Assembly: GCA_020184695.1 (NCBI GenBank)
Contig: JAANOX010000246.1
Span: 124,001-188,000, forward strand
DNA length: 64,000 nucleotides
Source of the DNA: Histomonas meleagridis 2922-C6/04-290x
Taxonomy: Eukaryota > Protista > Parabasalia
Reading direction: 5' to 3'
Positions within the stretch are counted from its first letter, which is position 1. Each line of letters opens with the position of its first letter. Under the pieces are notes generated by a model that saw only the letters and a program-made list of their open reading frames with translations, searched no databases and was not told where the DNA came from. This document shows, one piece after another, positions 24,691 to 35,850 of the stretch. Position numbers and translations under genes: made by a program.

Positions 24691-27600
24691 TTAAGTATTG
24701 GTGTTATTTCCTGCTTTCTCAAGAAGTAATTCGATAATTTCAGTGTGGCCATGTTTAGATGCATATGTAATAGCTGTTTCAAATAAATTATATAATTTCC
24801 AAATGTTATATTGAAAGATTAAATAATTGAAGTGAATCCAAAATGAAATACATAAACATTTTTTGTGTTAATATCAATTCCTTCTTGTTCAAGAAGTAGT
24901 TTGACTAATTTTATGGAACCTTTTTCAGATACATACATAAGTGCTGTTTTAAAATATTTCAATAATTTTCAAATATTATTTTTAAATGTTAAATTATTAA
25001 TATAGACATTAAGCAAAACAAATATATATCTTTAGCATTAATATCAATTCCTTCTTGTTCGATAAGTAATTTTACTATTTCGATGTTATCATCTTTAGAT
25101 GCAAGCATGAGTGCTGTTTTAAAATATTTCAATAATTTCCAAGTATAATTTCGAAATAAGAATTTATTAAATTAGAAATTAAATAAAACAAATAAATAGT
25201 TTTAGCATTGATATCAATTCCTTCTTGTTTGAGTAATAATTTTACTATTTTTGTATTCCCTTTTTCAGTTGCAATTGAAAGCGATGTTTGATAAAATTTT
25301 AAGAATTTCCATATGTTTCTTTGAGATATCAAATTATTGAGATAAATTTCAAATAAAACAATCAAAAATTTCTAATGTTAACATCAATTCCTTTTTGTTT
25401 AAGAAGCATTTTAATTATTTCTATGAAACTATTTATAGTTGCTTTCATAAGTGCTGTTTCAAATAATATAAATGATTTCCAAATATTATTTTGAAATATA
25501 AAATTATTAAAATAAATTTTAAATAAAACAAATAAATAGTTTTAGCATTGATATCAATTCCTTCTTGTTCTAGAAGTAATTTTACTATTTCTATGTTATC
25601 TTTTTCAGTTGCTTTCATAAGTGCTGTTTCAAATAATATAAATGATTTCCAAATATTATTTTGAAATATAAAATTATTAAAATAAATTTTAAATAAAACA
25701 AATAAATAGTTTTAGCATTAATATCAATTCCTTCTTGTTCTAGAAGTAATTTTACTATTTCTATGTTATCTTTTTTCAGTTGCTTTCATAAGTGCTGTTT
25801 CAAATAATATAAATGATTTCCAAATATTATTTTGAAATATAAAATTATTAAAATAAATTTTAAATAAAACAAATAAATAGTTTTAGCATTAATATCAATT
25901 CCTTCTTGTTCTAGAAGTAATTTTACTATTTCTATATGACCATTTAAAGATGCTTTCATAAGTGCTGTTTCAAATAATATAAACAATTTCCAAATATTAT
26001 TTTGAAATATAAAATTATTAAAATAAATTTTAAATAAAACAAATAAATAGTTTTAGCATTGATATCAATTCCTTCTTGTTCTAGAAGTAATTTTACTATT
26101 TCTGTGTGACCTTTTTCAGATGCTTTCATAAGTGCTGTTTCAAATAATTTAAATAATTTCCAAATATTATATTTAAATATTAAATTATTAAAATAAATTC
26201 TATATAATACAAATAAATGTCTTTAGCATTAATATCAATTCCTTTTTGTTCAAGAAGTAATTTAACTATTTCTATATGACCATTTCCAGATGCATCCAGA
26301 AATGCATTATTATATAGCATAAATAATTTCCAATTATTATTTTAAAATTCGTAATTAATAAAATAAATCCAAAAAGATACAAATAAAATCCATCTGAATT
26401 AATATCTTTTCCTTTTCTAAGTTCAAGAATTAATTTGACAATTTCTGTCTTACCATATGTTGCTGCTCGATTAAATGCTTTACTAAATAATTTGATAAGT
26501 TTCCATATATTAATTTGAGACATCGCTATATATTAATGTATTATTTGGTTATTTATATTAAATCCTTTATATGTTAGAAATAATTTTATGATATTGAATC
26601 GAAGAAAATCGGTTGCACTGGTAAAAGCAAATAATTATAATAAATATTAAACAAAACAAATAAAGACTTATATCATTAATTTCAATTCCTTCTTGTTCTA
26701 GAAGCAATTTAACAATTTCAATATGGCCATTTTTAGATGCCAATATAAGTGCTGTTCTAAATAATTTATATAATTTCCAAATATTATTTTGAATTACCAA
26801 ATTATTAAAATAAATATAAAATAAAACAAATAAATAGTTTTAATATTAATATCAATTCCTTCTTGTTCTAGAAGTAATTTAACTATTTTTGTATCACCTT
26901 TTTCAGCTGCAAGCATTAATAATGTTTTAATTAATTTAAATAAATTCCAAATGTTATAATGAAAAATCGATTAAGCTTAAAAAACAAACAAAAAAAGTTA
27001 AAAACATCACTTGCATTTAAGTTCACAAATCCTCCTTCAATAAGTGATAATATTATATCCTTTTCCAATATATCTTTTTTATATGCAAAAACAAGTGATG
27101 CTTTAAGTATAATGAATAATTTCCAAAAATCATTTTGAAATATCAAATCATAAGAATTTATATTAATTAAAAAAATAAAAAATATTTTCCATCATAAATA
27201 TTATTTTTTCCGAGTAGTAATTTTACTATTTCTATATGACCATTTTCAGATGCTTTCATAAGTGCTGTTCTAAATAATTTAAATAATTTCCAAATATTAT
27301 TTTGAATTACCAAATTATTAAAATAAATATTAAATAAAACAAATAAATATCTTTAGCATTAATATCAATTCCTTCTTGTTCTAGAAGTAATTTAACTATT
27401 TTTGTATGGCCATTTGCAGACGCTAAAATAAGTGCTGTTCTAAATAATTTAAATAATTTCCAAATATTATTTTGAATTACCAAATTATTAAAATAAATAT
27501 TAAATAAAACAAATAAATATCTTTAGCATTAATATCAATTCCTTTTTGTTCAAGAAGTAATTTAACTATTTTTGTATGGCCATTTGCAGACGCTAAAATA

Positions 27601-30538
27601 AGTGCTGTCCAAAATAATTTAAATAATTTCCAAATATTATTTTGAATTACCAAATTATTAAAATAAATATTAAATAAAACAAATAAATATCTTTAGCATT
27701 AATATCAATTCCTTCTTGTTCTAGAAGTAATTTTACTATTTCTATGTTATCTTTTTCAGATGCTTTCATAAGTGCTGTTTCAAATAATATAAATGATTTC
27801 CAAATATTATTTTGAAATATAAAATTATTAAAATAAATTTTAAATAAAACAAATAAATATCTTTAGCATTAATATCAATTTCTTTTTGTTCAAGAAGTAA
27901 TTTAACTATTTCTATATGACCATTTAAAGATGCATACATAAGTGCTGTTCGAAATAATTTAAATAATTTTCAAATATTGTTTTGAAATATAAATTTCAAA
28001 TAAAACAAAAAAATATCTTTAGCATTAATTTCAATTCCTTCTTGTTCAAGAAGTAATTTAACTATTTCTGTATGACCTTTTTCAGAAGCAAACATAAGTT
28101 CGGTTCGAAATATTTTAAACAATTTCCAAATACTATTTTGATATATAAAATTAACACAGAAAACCTTTTCATAAAATACGAAAAAACATCAACAGCATTG
28201 ATATCAATGTATTTTGTTTCAAGAATTATTTTAAATATTGCACCAATTCCTTTTTCATAACCATAATTAAGTTCAACATCAAACAAATTGAATAATTTTC
28301 AAATATTTTTTGTAAATCCAAAAATACTGATATAAAAATTAAATGAAATACATAAATTTTTTTATATTTATTATTATTTTTGTAATCTAGAAGCATATTA
28401 ACAATATCCATGTGATTATTTTCACATGCATAAATAAGCGCAGTCCAAAATAATTTTAATATATTCCAAAAATGAATTTAAAATATCAAAATATTATAAT
28501 AAATATTGTAAAAAAGAAATTTATTGATTTAAAATTTATATCAATTCCTTTGAATTCAAGAAGTAATTTGGCTATTTCAGTATAACCATTAATGGATGCT
28601 AAAATAAGTGATGTAAAAAGTATTTTGATTAAACCCCAAAAATGAATTTTAATTATGAAAAATATTAAATAAACCTTAAACAAAGTAAAATAAAATCATG
28701 TGGATTAATGTCTATTTTTTCATGATGAAGAAGTAACCTAACAATTTCAATATCATTTTTTTGAACAGCGAGTATTAATGCTGTACAAAATAGTATAAAA
28801 AAACGCCAAACATCATGAAAAAATTTTAAACAACTTAAACAAAAATTAAATTCAACAAATAAAAATTAGAAGCATTGATGTTAATTCTCTTATAGTTAAG
28901 AAGTAATTTAAGGATCTTAATATATCTGTTCTTTACAGCATCCATAAGTGCTGTCCAAAATAAGATGAATAAGTTCCAAATTCTAAAAACAATTACCAAA
29001 TATTTAAAATCAAAATTAAATTGGATAAACAAAGATTCACAGCATTAACATTAATTCTTTTTTGTTGAAGAAGTAACTTAACTATTTTAATATGATTATT
29101 ATCCACTGCCATTAAAAATGGTGTATAAAATTTGCTGAGTAAATTCCAAATATATATTTAAAATTTGAAATGATAAAAACAATTTTTCTTTTTAATAAAA
29201 AAATATTTTTAGCGTTTATTTTTATTCTTTCTTGCTCAAGAAGTAATTTAACTATATCAAAATAACCTTTACTACATGCAACAATTAATGGTGTATAAAA
29301 ACATTAATATAAATTTTATTTCATACACAGAAACACCAATATTTTAAAACATATTTTAGTAAATATTATAAAACATATTTAACATTTACATCAGTTCCTT
29401 CTTTTTCAAGAAGTAATTTAACAATTTCAATATTTCCTGATCTTGTTGCTGATATTAAAGTTTCTTTAGGAATTTTATTTCCTAGAGAAAAATGTCTAAA
29501 AAGAAATATATTACCATTTTCGACTGCTTCAATTATTAATTTTTCAACATTTAATTTTTTCGTTTCTAAAAATGATAAAATTTCATAATTATCATATGTA
29601 ATACATTTCTTTCCTAATTCAGTAAAATCTTCTTCTTTATTGTATTCACTTTCGAAAAAATAATAAAATATTTCATTCCGATGAAATTCTATTGCTGTTT
29701 CTATTGATCCATTAAAGTTAGAATGATTCTGTTCACAATAATAAAGAATTTCAAGATTTCCACCTGCTACAGCATATATTCCTGTATTTGTTAAATCAAC
29801 ATTATTTAAAATCAAGTATTTGAAGCATTTAATCGATCCAAAGAATGCTGCATAATCAACAAGTGAAAGTTTTTCTTTATTAATAAATGAATATCTTTCA
29901 TATAATGATGGCTCTATGTTTTGCTTAAAATCAAAATTTGGTTCTGATGATATTTCATGAAGTTTTTCTACATCATCATTTCGTATTGCTTTAATTGCAT
30001 CCGAAGGATTAGATCCTTCATGAATGAGTTGCTTATGAAGCTTCCAATCATCCTTTTTCAGCTCTTCAATATTATCAAAAAATTGTTTATGAAAAGGAAT
30101 ATTATTTGTTGAATCTTTAAATGCATTAATTTCTTCATCTGTTTTATAATGAATAAAATATAAAGTTTTAATGTTTCGTACAACTTTAGGATTGACCATT
30201 TTTTGTTCAATCATATATCCTAAAAGATAATTAGATTCCTGAGTATTTAAATGTAAAAGTAAATTTGTAAAAATGTTAATTATTTTATTATAATATTTGG
30301 CTGATAATGTTTTAAGAAATTGAACAATATTATAGTCATTTTTATTTAAAATAAAAGCTGAATATATCAATCTACTTAAAATCAACATCGAAGAATAAGG
30401 ATAATCAGAATCTAATAATTTTTCTATTGATTTAACAGATTCAGAAATATTACTTTCTCTAAAATCAAATATTGTATTTCGTATAATTTTGAGATATTGA
30501 ATATATTTTGTTTCTCTCGTTCCTGTTGATTCTTTCAT
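24691..30538 (-). CDS. DUF3447-type ankyrin-repeat protein: ~386-aa uninterrupted N-terminus plus 28 ankyrin cassettes, each preceded by a non-coding-like spacer
   Basis: ORF 29366-30538 has DUF3447-like motifs (YAAFFGSIKCFKYL, AVAGGNLEI, AIEFHRNEI). Downstream, cassettes such as TALMKASEKDNIEIVKLLLEQEGIDINA recur every ~170 nt; the last cassette ends ...LLLEKAGNNTNT-TAA at 24693-24691. Confidence 0.85.
24778..29380 (-). repeat. ~170-bp tandem array: 84-nt ankyrin cassette plus 86-nt AT-rich spacer (28 spacers)
   Basis: Spacers counted by hand: 29295-29380, 29125-29210, 28955-29040, 28785-28870, 28615-28700, 28445-28530, 28278-28363, 28105-28193 (89), 27949-28020 (72), 27779-27864, 27609-27694, 27439-27524, 27269-27354, 27102-27187, 26926-27011, 26756-26841, 26632-26671 (40), 26482-26547 (66), 26309-26394, 26139-26224, 25969-26054, 25799-25884, 25628-25713, 25458-25543, 25288-25373, 25118-25203, 24948-25033, 24778-24863. 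All unlabelled ones are 86 nt. Confidence 0.95.
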
Positions 30539-30972
30539 TCCTTTTTAATGGAAATTGTCAATTCAAATCAATATTTGTTGAGTAAAAAGTGCATATATTT
30601 TGAATGCAAAATTTCTTTGTTTTAATAGAACGAAAACAACTTTCAGAAAAGTCACAACTTAGGTCATTGGTTTTCATCAAAATTATATATAATGTTTTAC
30701 TAAAGGATGCATAACTAATTATAAATTATTTTGCTAAACAAACAATTTTTTCAAAAGATTTTATAATTTGATCAAGTTAATTATTTTTTAGTTGCAATCA
30801 TTAAACATTTAGAGCGCCTTAGGGTATTCCCAACTATTTGTAAATCAACAATATTGGGAAATTAGATGTGCAAATTAATTTCAGCAAAAAAATATATAAT
30901 AATAAAATTAGAATGACTTTAATCAAAGTCCATAAAGGAGTTTTTACTCTATATCTCAGATATTGAAAATTT

Positions 30973-31599
30973 CTAAAGTTTAATTATATCAGATTTCTGA
31001 GTAAGGAGTGTTTTGTTTGTGACCCATTGTAACCAGTTTGATGAAAGCCATTGATCATATATCTTAAGTAGCCAAGGAGAGAAAACATTTGGATTCGATT
31101 GTATTTCAGAATGTAACTCATCACTTGTAATCCACCTTACGGCATTTATTTCATCAGGATTGAATTCAATCTTCTCGTTGTCATAAAAGCCGAATATAAC
31201 ATGATCTATTTCAGATTCAACCCATTCACCAGAAGCAGCATAATACTGAAATACACCAACTTCTGTAAGATGTGCATCATCTGTGAGATTTATATTTAGT
31301 TCAAATGATGTCCTTCGCTTTGCAGCTGAAATAATATCTTCATTTGGTTCTGGATGAGAGCAACATGTATTTGCCCAAATAAGAGGGAAAGTCAATTTCG
31401 TGTTGCTCCTTTGTTGAATTAGAAGTTGGCCTTTTGAATTGAACAAGAATAATGAAAAAGCCCGATGCAATTTTGGTCCTTTATCTATATGATGAGCTTC
31501 ATATTTATCACATATAGAAATTTGGTTATCTTGTTCATCCACTACTATTACCTTACTTGAAAGCATTTGTTGAAGCTGAGAATCGTTGTTGTTGCTCAT
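30973..31599 (-). CDS. IDI: Isopentenyl-diphosphate delta-isomerase type 1 (Nudix fold)
   Basis: LHRAFSLFLFN...LLIQQRS..KLTFP..WANTCCSHP...ELNI...ESEIDHV...FSPW. Confidence 0.95.
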   Translation of the reverse strand: MSNNNDSQLQQMLSSKVIVVDEQDNQISICDKYEAHHIDKGPKLHRAFSLFLFNSKGQLLIQQRSNTKLTFPLIWANTCCSHPEPNEDIISAAKRRTSFELNINLTDDAHLTEVGVFQYYAASGEWVESEIDHVIFGFYDNEKIEFNPDEINAVRWITSDELHSEIQSNPNVFSPWLLKIYDQWLSSNWLQWVTNKTLLTQKSDIIKL

Positions 31600-31822
31600 T
31601 TTTTTTTAACGCACACCACTTTTTCTGAGAATAATACGGTTATTTGCAATCGGGGCAAATTTTTCGCTTTTCCAAGTTGGTCAATTCCAACGATAAGACT
31701 AAATGAATGCGAAACTATCGTATTCATATTCAAAAACTGAAAAATGCATTAAAACTTCTTCAAGGATCAAATCAAAGACAATTTATATAAAACATATATT
31801 TAATGTTTATTAAAAACAAAAC

Positions 31823-34501
31823 TTAATCGAAAGGGTTTTCATTTATTGGCACAGGATCAATTTCATCACAAAACGAATGATAATCAATTTCGTCGAAGTC
31901 AGTACATTTATACTTTTTACAAAGTAATTCCAATTCGTTTTCATCAGACGACAAATTTAATCTTTTTATACATTGTTTGAACTGATTTTTTGTTATAATG
32001 TTTTTCCGTGGTCTTTTATCGCAATCATAAAACAATTGTTTAATTTCCATTCTTCTTGTTTGCACGTAGTTTTTCATTCTATTTAATATGTTGTTACAAA
32101 TAATTTTTTCATTTTCATTTAAATTATTTATTGAAATTTTTTGCAAATTATTTTGATTTTGAATTTCATTGTTTTCAAATATTGCGTTGATTTGTTTACA
32201 TAGCTCACGATAATTAATTAAATCTGGTTTTGTTTCTAAACAAAATAATTTCGTTATGAATTGTATCTCATCTTCATTTAATGGCAAATTAATTTGTCCA
32301 ACAATTGATCGAAATTGATTTGATGTAATAGTTCCATGATTTAAATGATCGAAATTTTCAAAGAAATCTATAATTCTAATTCTTCTTTTATAGATATAAT
32401 TTTGTAATTTCGGAAGAATTACATTCCATTGAATTTGTCTGGCGGTTAGTAACGGCTTCTTAACGTATCTCGGTGTAACGTTTTCTTTGTTTAAGTTGTC
32501 ATTTTTATTTTCATTCAAAGAATTTACATCGTTTATAAATTCAATGTAATTAACGAAGCCAGTATTTTTATCCAAATAAAACGAACAAAGCTGTTGAATT
32601 TCGTCATAAGAAATATTTACGCCAACCAATTGCATAACTTGATAAAAAGCATTTATCGTAATTTGTTTATGATTATATATATCTTTATCTTTAAATTGAT
32701 CTACTAGTGATATTTTTCTTGAAATTATAAATTTGTTAATTATATTTAAAATTCGATTAATATTTTGATTTGGTTTTAATTTTGTTTTTTCACATGTTAT
32801 AGTTAAAGGATTTTGTGGTGTCTCAAGTGGAGAAATATTTTTAGGCGATATAAACGAAAGAATTTCATCAGCAAACACTTTCCATTTTATGTAATTTTTG
32901 CTTTTTGTTGATTTATATCTTTCCTTTAACATATCAAATTCTTGATTAGTTAATCGATAACCAGACATTAATATTCCACTTCGAAATTGTGTTTCTGTGA
33001 TTTCTCCTAAATTTAATTTATCGAAATCTTTTAAGAAATCAGAAAAATATATCGAATGGATATAACTATAACGCTTCATGTCATCCAAAAGAGAATTAAT
33101 ATCAAATTTCTCATTAAGTTTCGGTAATAATATTTTCTTGGATTCATATATTAAGTCATCTGCTTTATCTGATGTAATAAATAAATCGCCTGTTGGCGTT
33201 TTACCATAAATTTCTTCAAGTGATTCTTTATCTTTTAATAATGGTTTATATGTTCTTCGTTGTTGTTGATGATTTACATCAACATCTTCTACAAATTTAT
33301 AATAATCAAATCCAACTTCTTTACCATAATAATCAATTAAAAGATTTAAATCATTATCATCAAATGGTATTCGTAATGATGATAAAACTCTTTTAAATTG
33401 TAAATTGGTTACATATCCTCGATTGTTTTGATCAAAATCATGAAACGGTGGTAATATATTAATCCGATTTCGGGATATTATCGATTTAATTTTTTCAATT
33501 ATTTGTGAAATACGTTTATCGGTAACAATTGAAATATTTGAATTGTTTACATCCGATTTCTTTGATGCGATTTCAACATCGTTACAAAAATCTCTGTAAT
33601 TATCATATTTGGTATAACCTTCTGTAAGTTGATATTTATCGGATAAATAGAGAAGTTCTTCTTGACTAAAAGGAAATCCGTAAAGTGTTAAAACATTCAT
33701 AAATTTGTCGGTCGTGATTTTACCGATATGAAGTGGATCTTGAAATGAAAAAAAATCTCGAATTCGAACACGATTCTTACGACAATATGTTGCAAAGCGT
33801 TGAATTACATCTGACGTGTTAGATGGAACAGGATTAAGTTTAATGGATTGTTGATGATGCGGCATGTTTAAATCAATGGTGACATTTTGATTTTGTGGTA
33901 AATCTGAATACATCTGAAGATCATGATGAAGTTTCATATAATTGACATCGTGGAGAGTGGGATCCATATAACGTTGAAGAAGAAGTGACATTTCATCAGA
34001 TGAGAGATTTATAAATGGATTGTTCCTTAAAAATTGGGAAACAGTTACTCTTCCATTACTGAGCCGATCAAAATCCATATAAGATTCACGGACATGAACA
34101 CCGCGTGTTTTGACTTGATGATACAACTTAAGAAAAAGTTGATTAAGTTCTGGTGATATATCTTGAGTAATTTTTCCTGTTGTTTTTTCAATAATTTCTT
34201 TTGAGTTTTCAACATTTTGAGTTGGAGATTTTTCGAGGTCTTGATTTGTAAAAATGTTTTCAATTGTATGACAAAATTTACGATAATTCACATCGTCGTT
34301 TTCACCATAAAGGTTGGTTAAAGCATTTAATTCTTCATCTGTTATCTTAAATTTGATGAATTCAAAACATCGACGAAATTGATCTTTACTAACACGTCCA
34401 GTGGGAAGTTTATCAAAATCTTCAAACCATTCCAATGGGTAGATGTCATTTAAAAAAATATGTGTTCTTATTCGATTGATTAAAGGTTCTACATCCACCA
34501 T
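31823..34501 (-). CDS. Multi-EF-hand protein (EFCAB6-like)
   Basis: Repeated EF-hand pairs (FEDFDKLPTGRVSKDQF, FHDFDQNNRGYVTNLQF, FENFDHLNHGTITSNQF); intact 892 aa. Confidence 0.85.
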   Translation of the reverse strand: MVDVEPLINRIRTHIFLNDIYPLEWFEDFDKLPTGRVSKDQFRRCFEFIKFKITDEELNALTNLYGENDDVNYRKFCHTIENIFTNQDLEKSPTQNVENSKEIIEKTTGKITQDISPELNQLFLKLYHQVKTRGVHVRESYMDFDRLSNGRVTVSQFLRNNPFINLSSDEMSLLLQRYMDPTLHDVNYMKLHHDLQMYSDLPQNQNVTIDLNMPHHQQSIKLNPVPSNTSDVIQRFATYCRKNRVRIRDFFSFQDPLHIGKITTDKFMNVLTLYGFPFSQEELLYLSDKYQLTEGYTKYDNYRDFCNDVEIASKKSDVNNSNISIVTDKRISQIIEKIKSIISRNRINILPPFHDFDQNNRGYVTNLQFKRVLSSLRIPFDDNDLNLLIDYYGKEVGFDYYKFVEDVDVNHQQQRRTYKPLLKDKESLEEIYGKTPTGDLFITSDKADDLIYESKKILLPKLNEKFDINSLLDDMKRYSYIHSIYFSDFLKDFDKLNLGEITETQFRSGILMSGYRLTNQEFDMLKERYKSTKSKNYIKWKVFADEILSFISPKNISPLETPQNPLTITCEKTKLKPNQNINRILNIINKFIISRKISLVDQFKDKDIYNHKQITINAFYQVMQLVGVNISYDEIQQLCSFYLDKNTGFVNYIEFINDVNSLNENKNDNLNKENVTPRYVKKPLLTARQIQWNVILPKLQNYIYKRRIRIIDFFENFDHLNHGTITSNQFRSIVGQINLPLNEDEIQFITKLFCLETKPDLINYRELCKQINAIFENNEIQNQNNLQKISINNLNENEKIICNNILNRMKNYVQTRRMEIKQLFYDCDKRPRKNIITKNQFKQCIKRLNLSSDENELELLCKKYKCTDFDEIDYHSFCDEIDPVPINENPFD

Positions 34502-35850
34502 TTGTAACGAACAAAACCGTTTAAATAAAGCTTGAAATTTGCACGTTAAAAGGTGGATAAAAATTGATTGAAAAAAGCATTCAATTTTATGTCATTTATT
34601 GCCAGCGTCAATTTTTTTCAACCACCAAACTGTAAGTGCGCACTTTTTGTTTTCACAAGTGAACAGTTGGTTCAATATAATTTAATCGTTTGATCTCAAT
34701 TTTGTGCAGTTTTTGAAAGCAAAACACGCAAAAACAATTTCAATGCTTTACTAAATACAACAAGGATGAAGAAGAAGATCAAATTCATCGCTTATTGTTG
34801 ATCATTTTTAAAAATTTGAATCTTCATCTTCCTAGCCTTGTGACAGCATATATTGAGGAAATTAAATCACCTCTCATACTGTCAATTTATACGTTTATTG
34901 ATAAATTTAAAGTACAATATTTCTATTTCTATATATCAAGAATATAAATGTCTGCAACTTAGTGCAAATGCATTACATATGATGAAATTAAATTTGTTTT
35001 GCTTAAATATTTTCATGCTGCTTCTGTCTTCTCGAGCTACTTAGGCCAAATTCCATGATTTTAACTGATAACATTTGATTTTTTATTTAATTAATAGATG
35101 CAAAATAGATAAAGATAAGCCAAAACTTTTGCTTTGTTTCTGTGTTGTTTTGGTGGTTAACATTTTTGGTTATTAGAAAAAATAATTTGGAATTTAAAAT
35201 ATTTGTGAAATATGACCTATTCTATGTATCTATAATTTTCTACAAATAATTTCTAAGAATAATTTGGTCATTATATTGAAGCAAATTGCCTTTTAGGGAA
35301 TTTACATTATTTTATTTAGATCATTAATAACAAATCACGACATCGATCAATGATATTCATATGATTTATCAAAAATCCAAGGAGTAATCCTTATCTTGTT
35401 AAGAATAGATTTGTAGTTTTAAAATTTTTTTTAAGAAAGGGGAAAATTATCTAAACTTTTTCAAGTTTTGTGGTTTTTCAGTTATATTGAAAAAGTTACG
35501 AAACCACTTTTTTTTGGGGTTTCCAATTGAAAAATTTTCATAATTTTCAATTGAAGATTTTAGTCGATCGTTGTTTCCGGACATTTTTTAAGAATCACGA
35601 ACCGATTTCTATTGAAAATATCATTCACGTCAATTGAAATTTGGCAGGATAACCGACGAAATTGTGTTGAAATTAAATCGGACTGCATTCAAAATATTTT
35701 GTTTCCACCAAAGAAACACTCATCGTTTTATAAGTGATCATCCAATTATTTCCCCCAAAACAATGTACATTTCTACAGTTAAATCACTTCTAATCTTCTT
35801 AATAAGTATATCCAAAGTGGTTACATGAATGATTAGTTTGATCTTTTTGA

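Noticed and set aside
24778-29380. Canonical GT-AG splicing of the ankyrin spacers (GT at spacer nt 15, AG in ACA-GCA)
   Set aside because: The GT is absent or shifted in many units, and the GT15-AG90 excision (76 nt) leaves a 94-nt unit, which is out of frame.
24778-29380. Plus-strand (antisense) GT...AG boundaries, e.g. agtgct|GTTTC...TTTTAG|catt
   Set aside because: These are just the reverse complements of the Thr (AC) and Ala (CT) codons; they disappear in units with other codons there, and the gene is on the minus strand.
24778-29380. Spacers as hydrophobic coding inserts read by a single -1 frameshift, or by T4 gene-60/byp-like hopping
   Set aside because: Spacers 29295-29380 and 28445-28530 have ordered stops blocking any single shift, and I found no consistent matched take-off and landing codons.
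24778-29380. CRISPR-like array
   Set aside because: The 170-bp unit encodes ankyrin motifs, the spacers are homologous to each other, there are no cas genes, and the context is eukaryotic.
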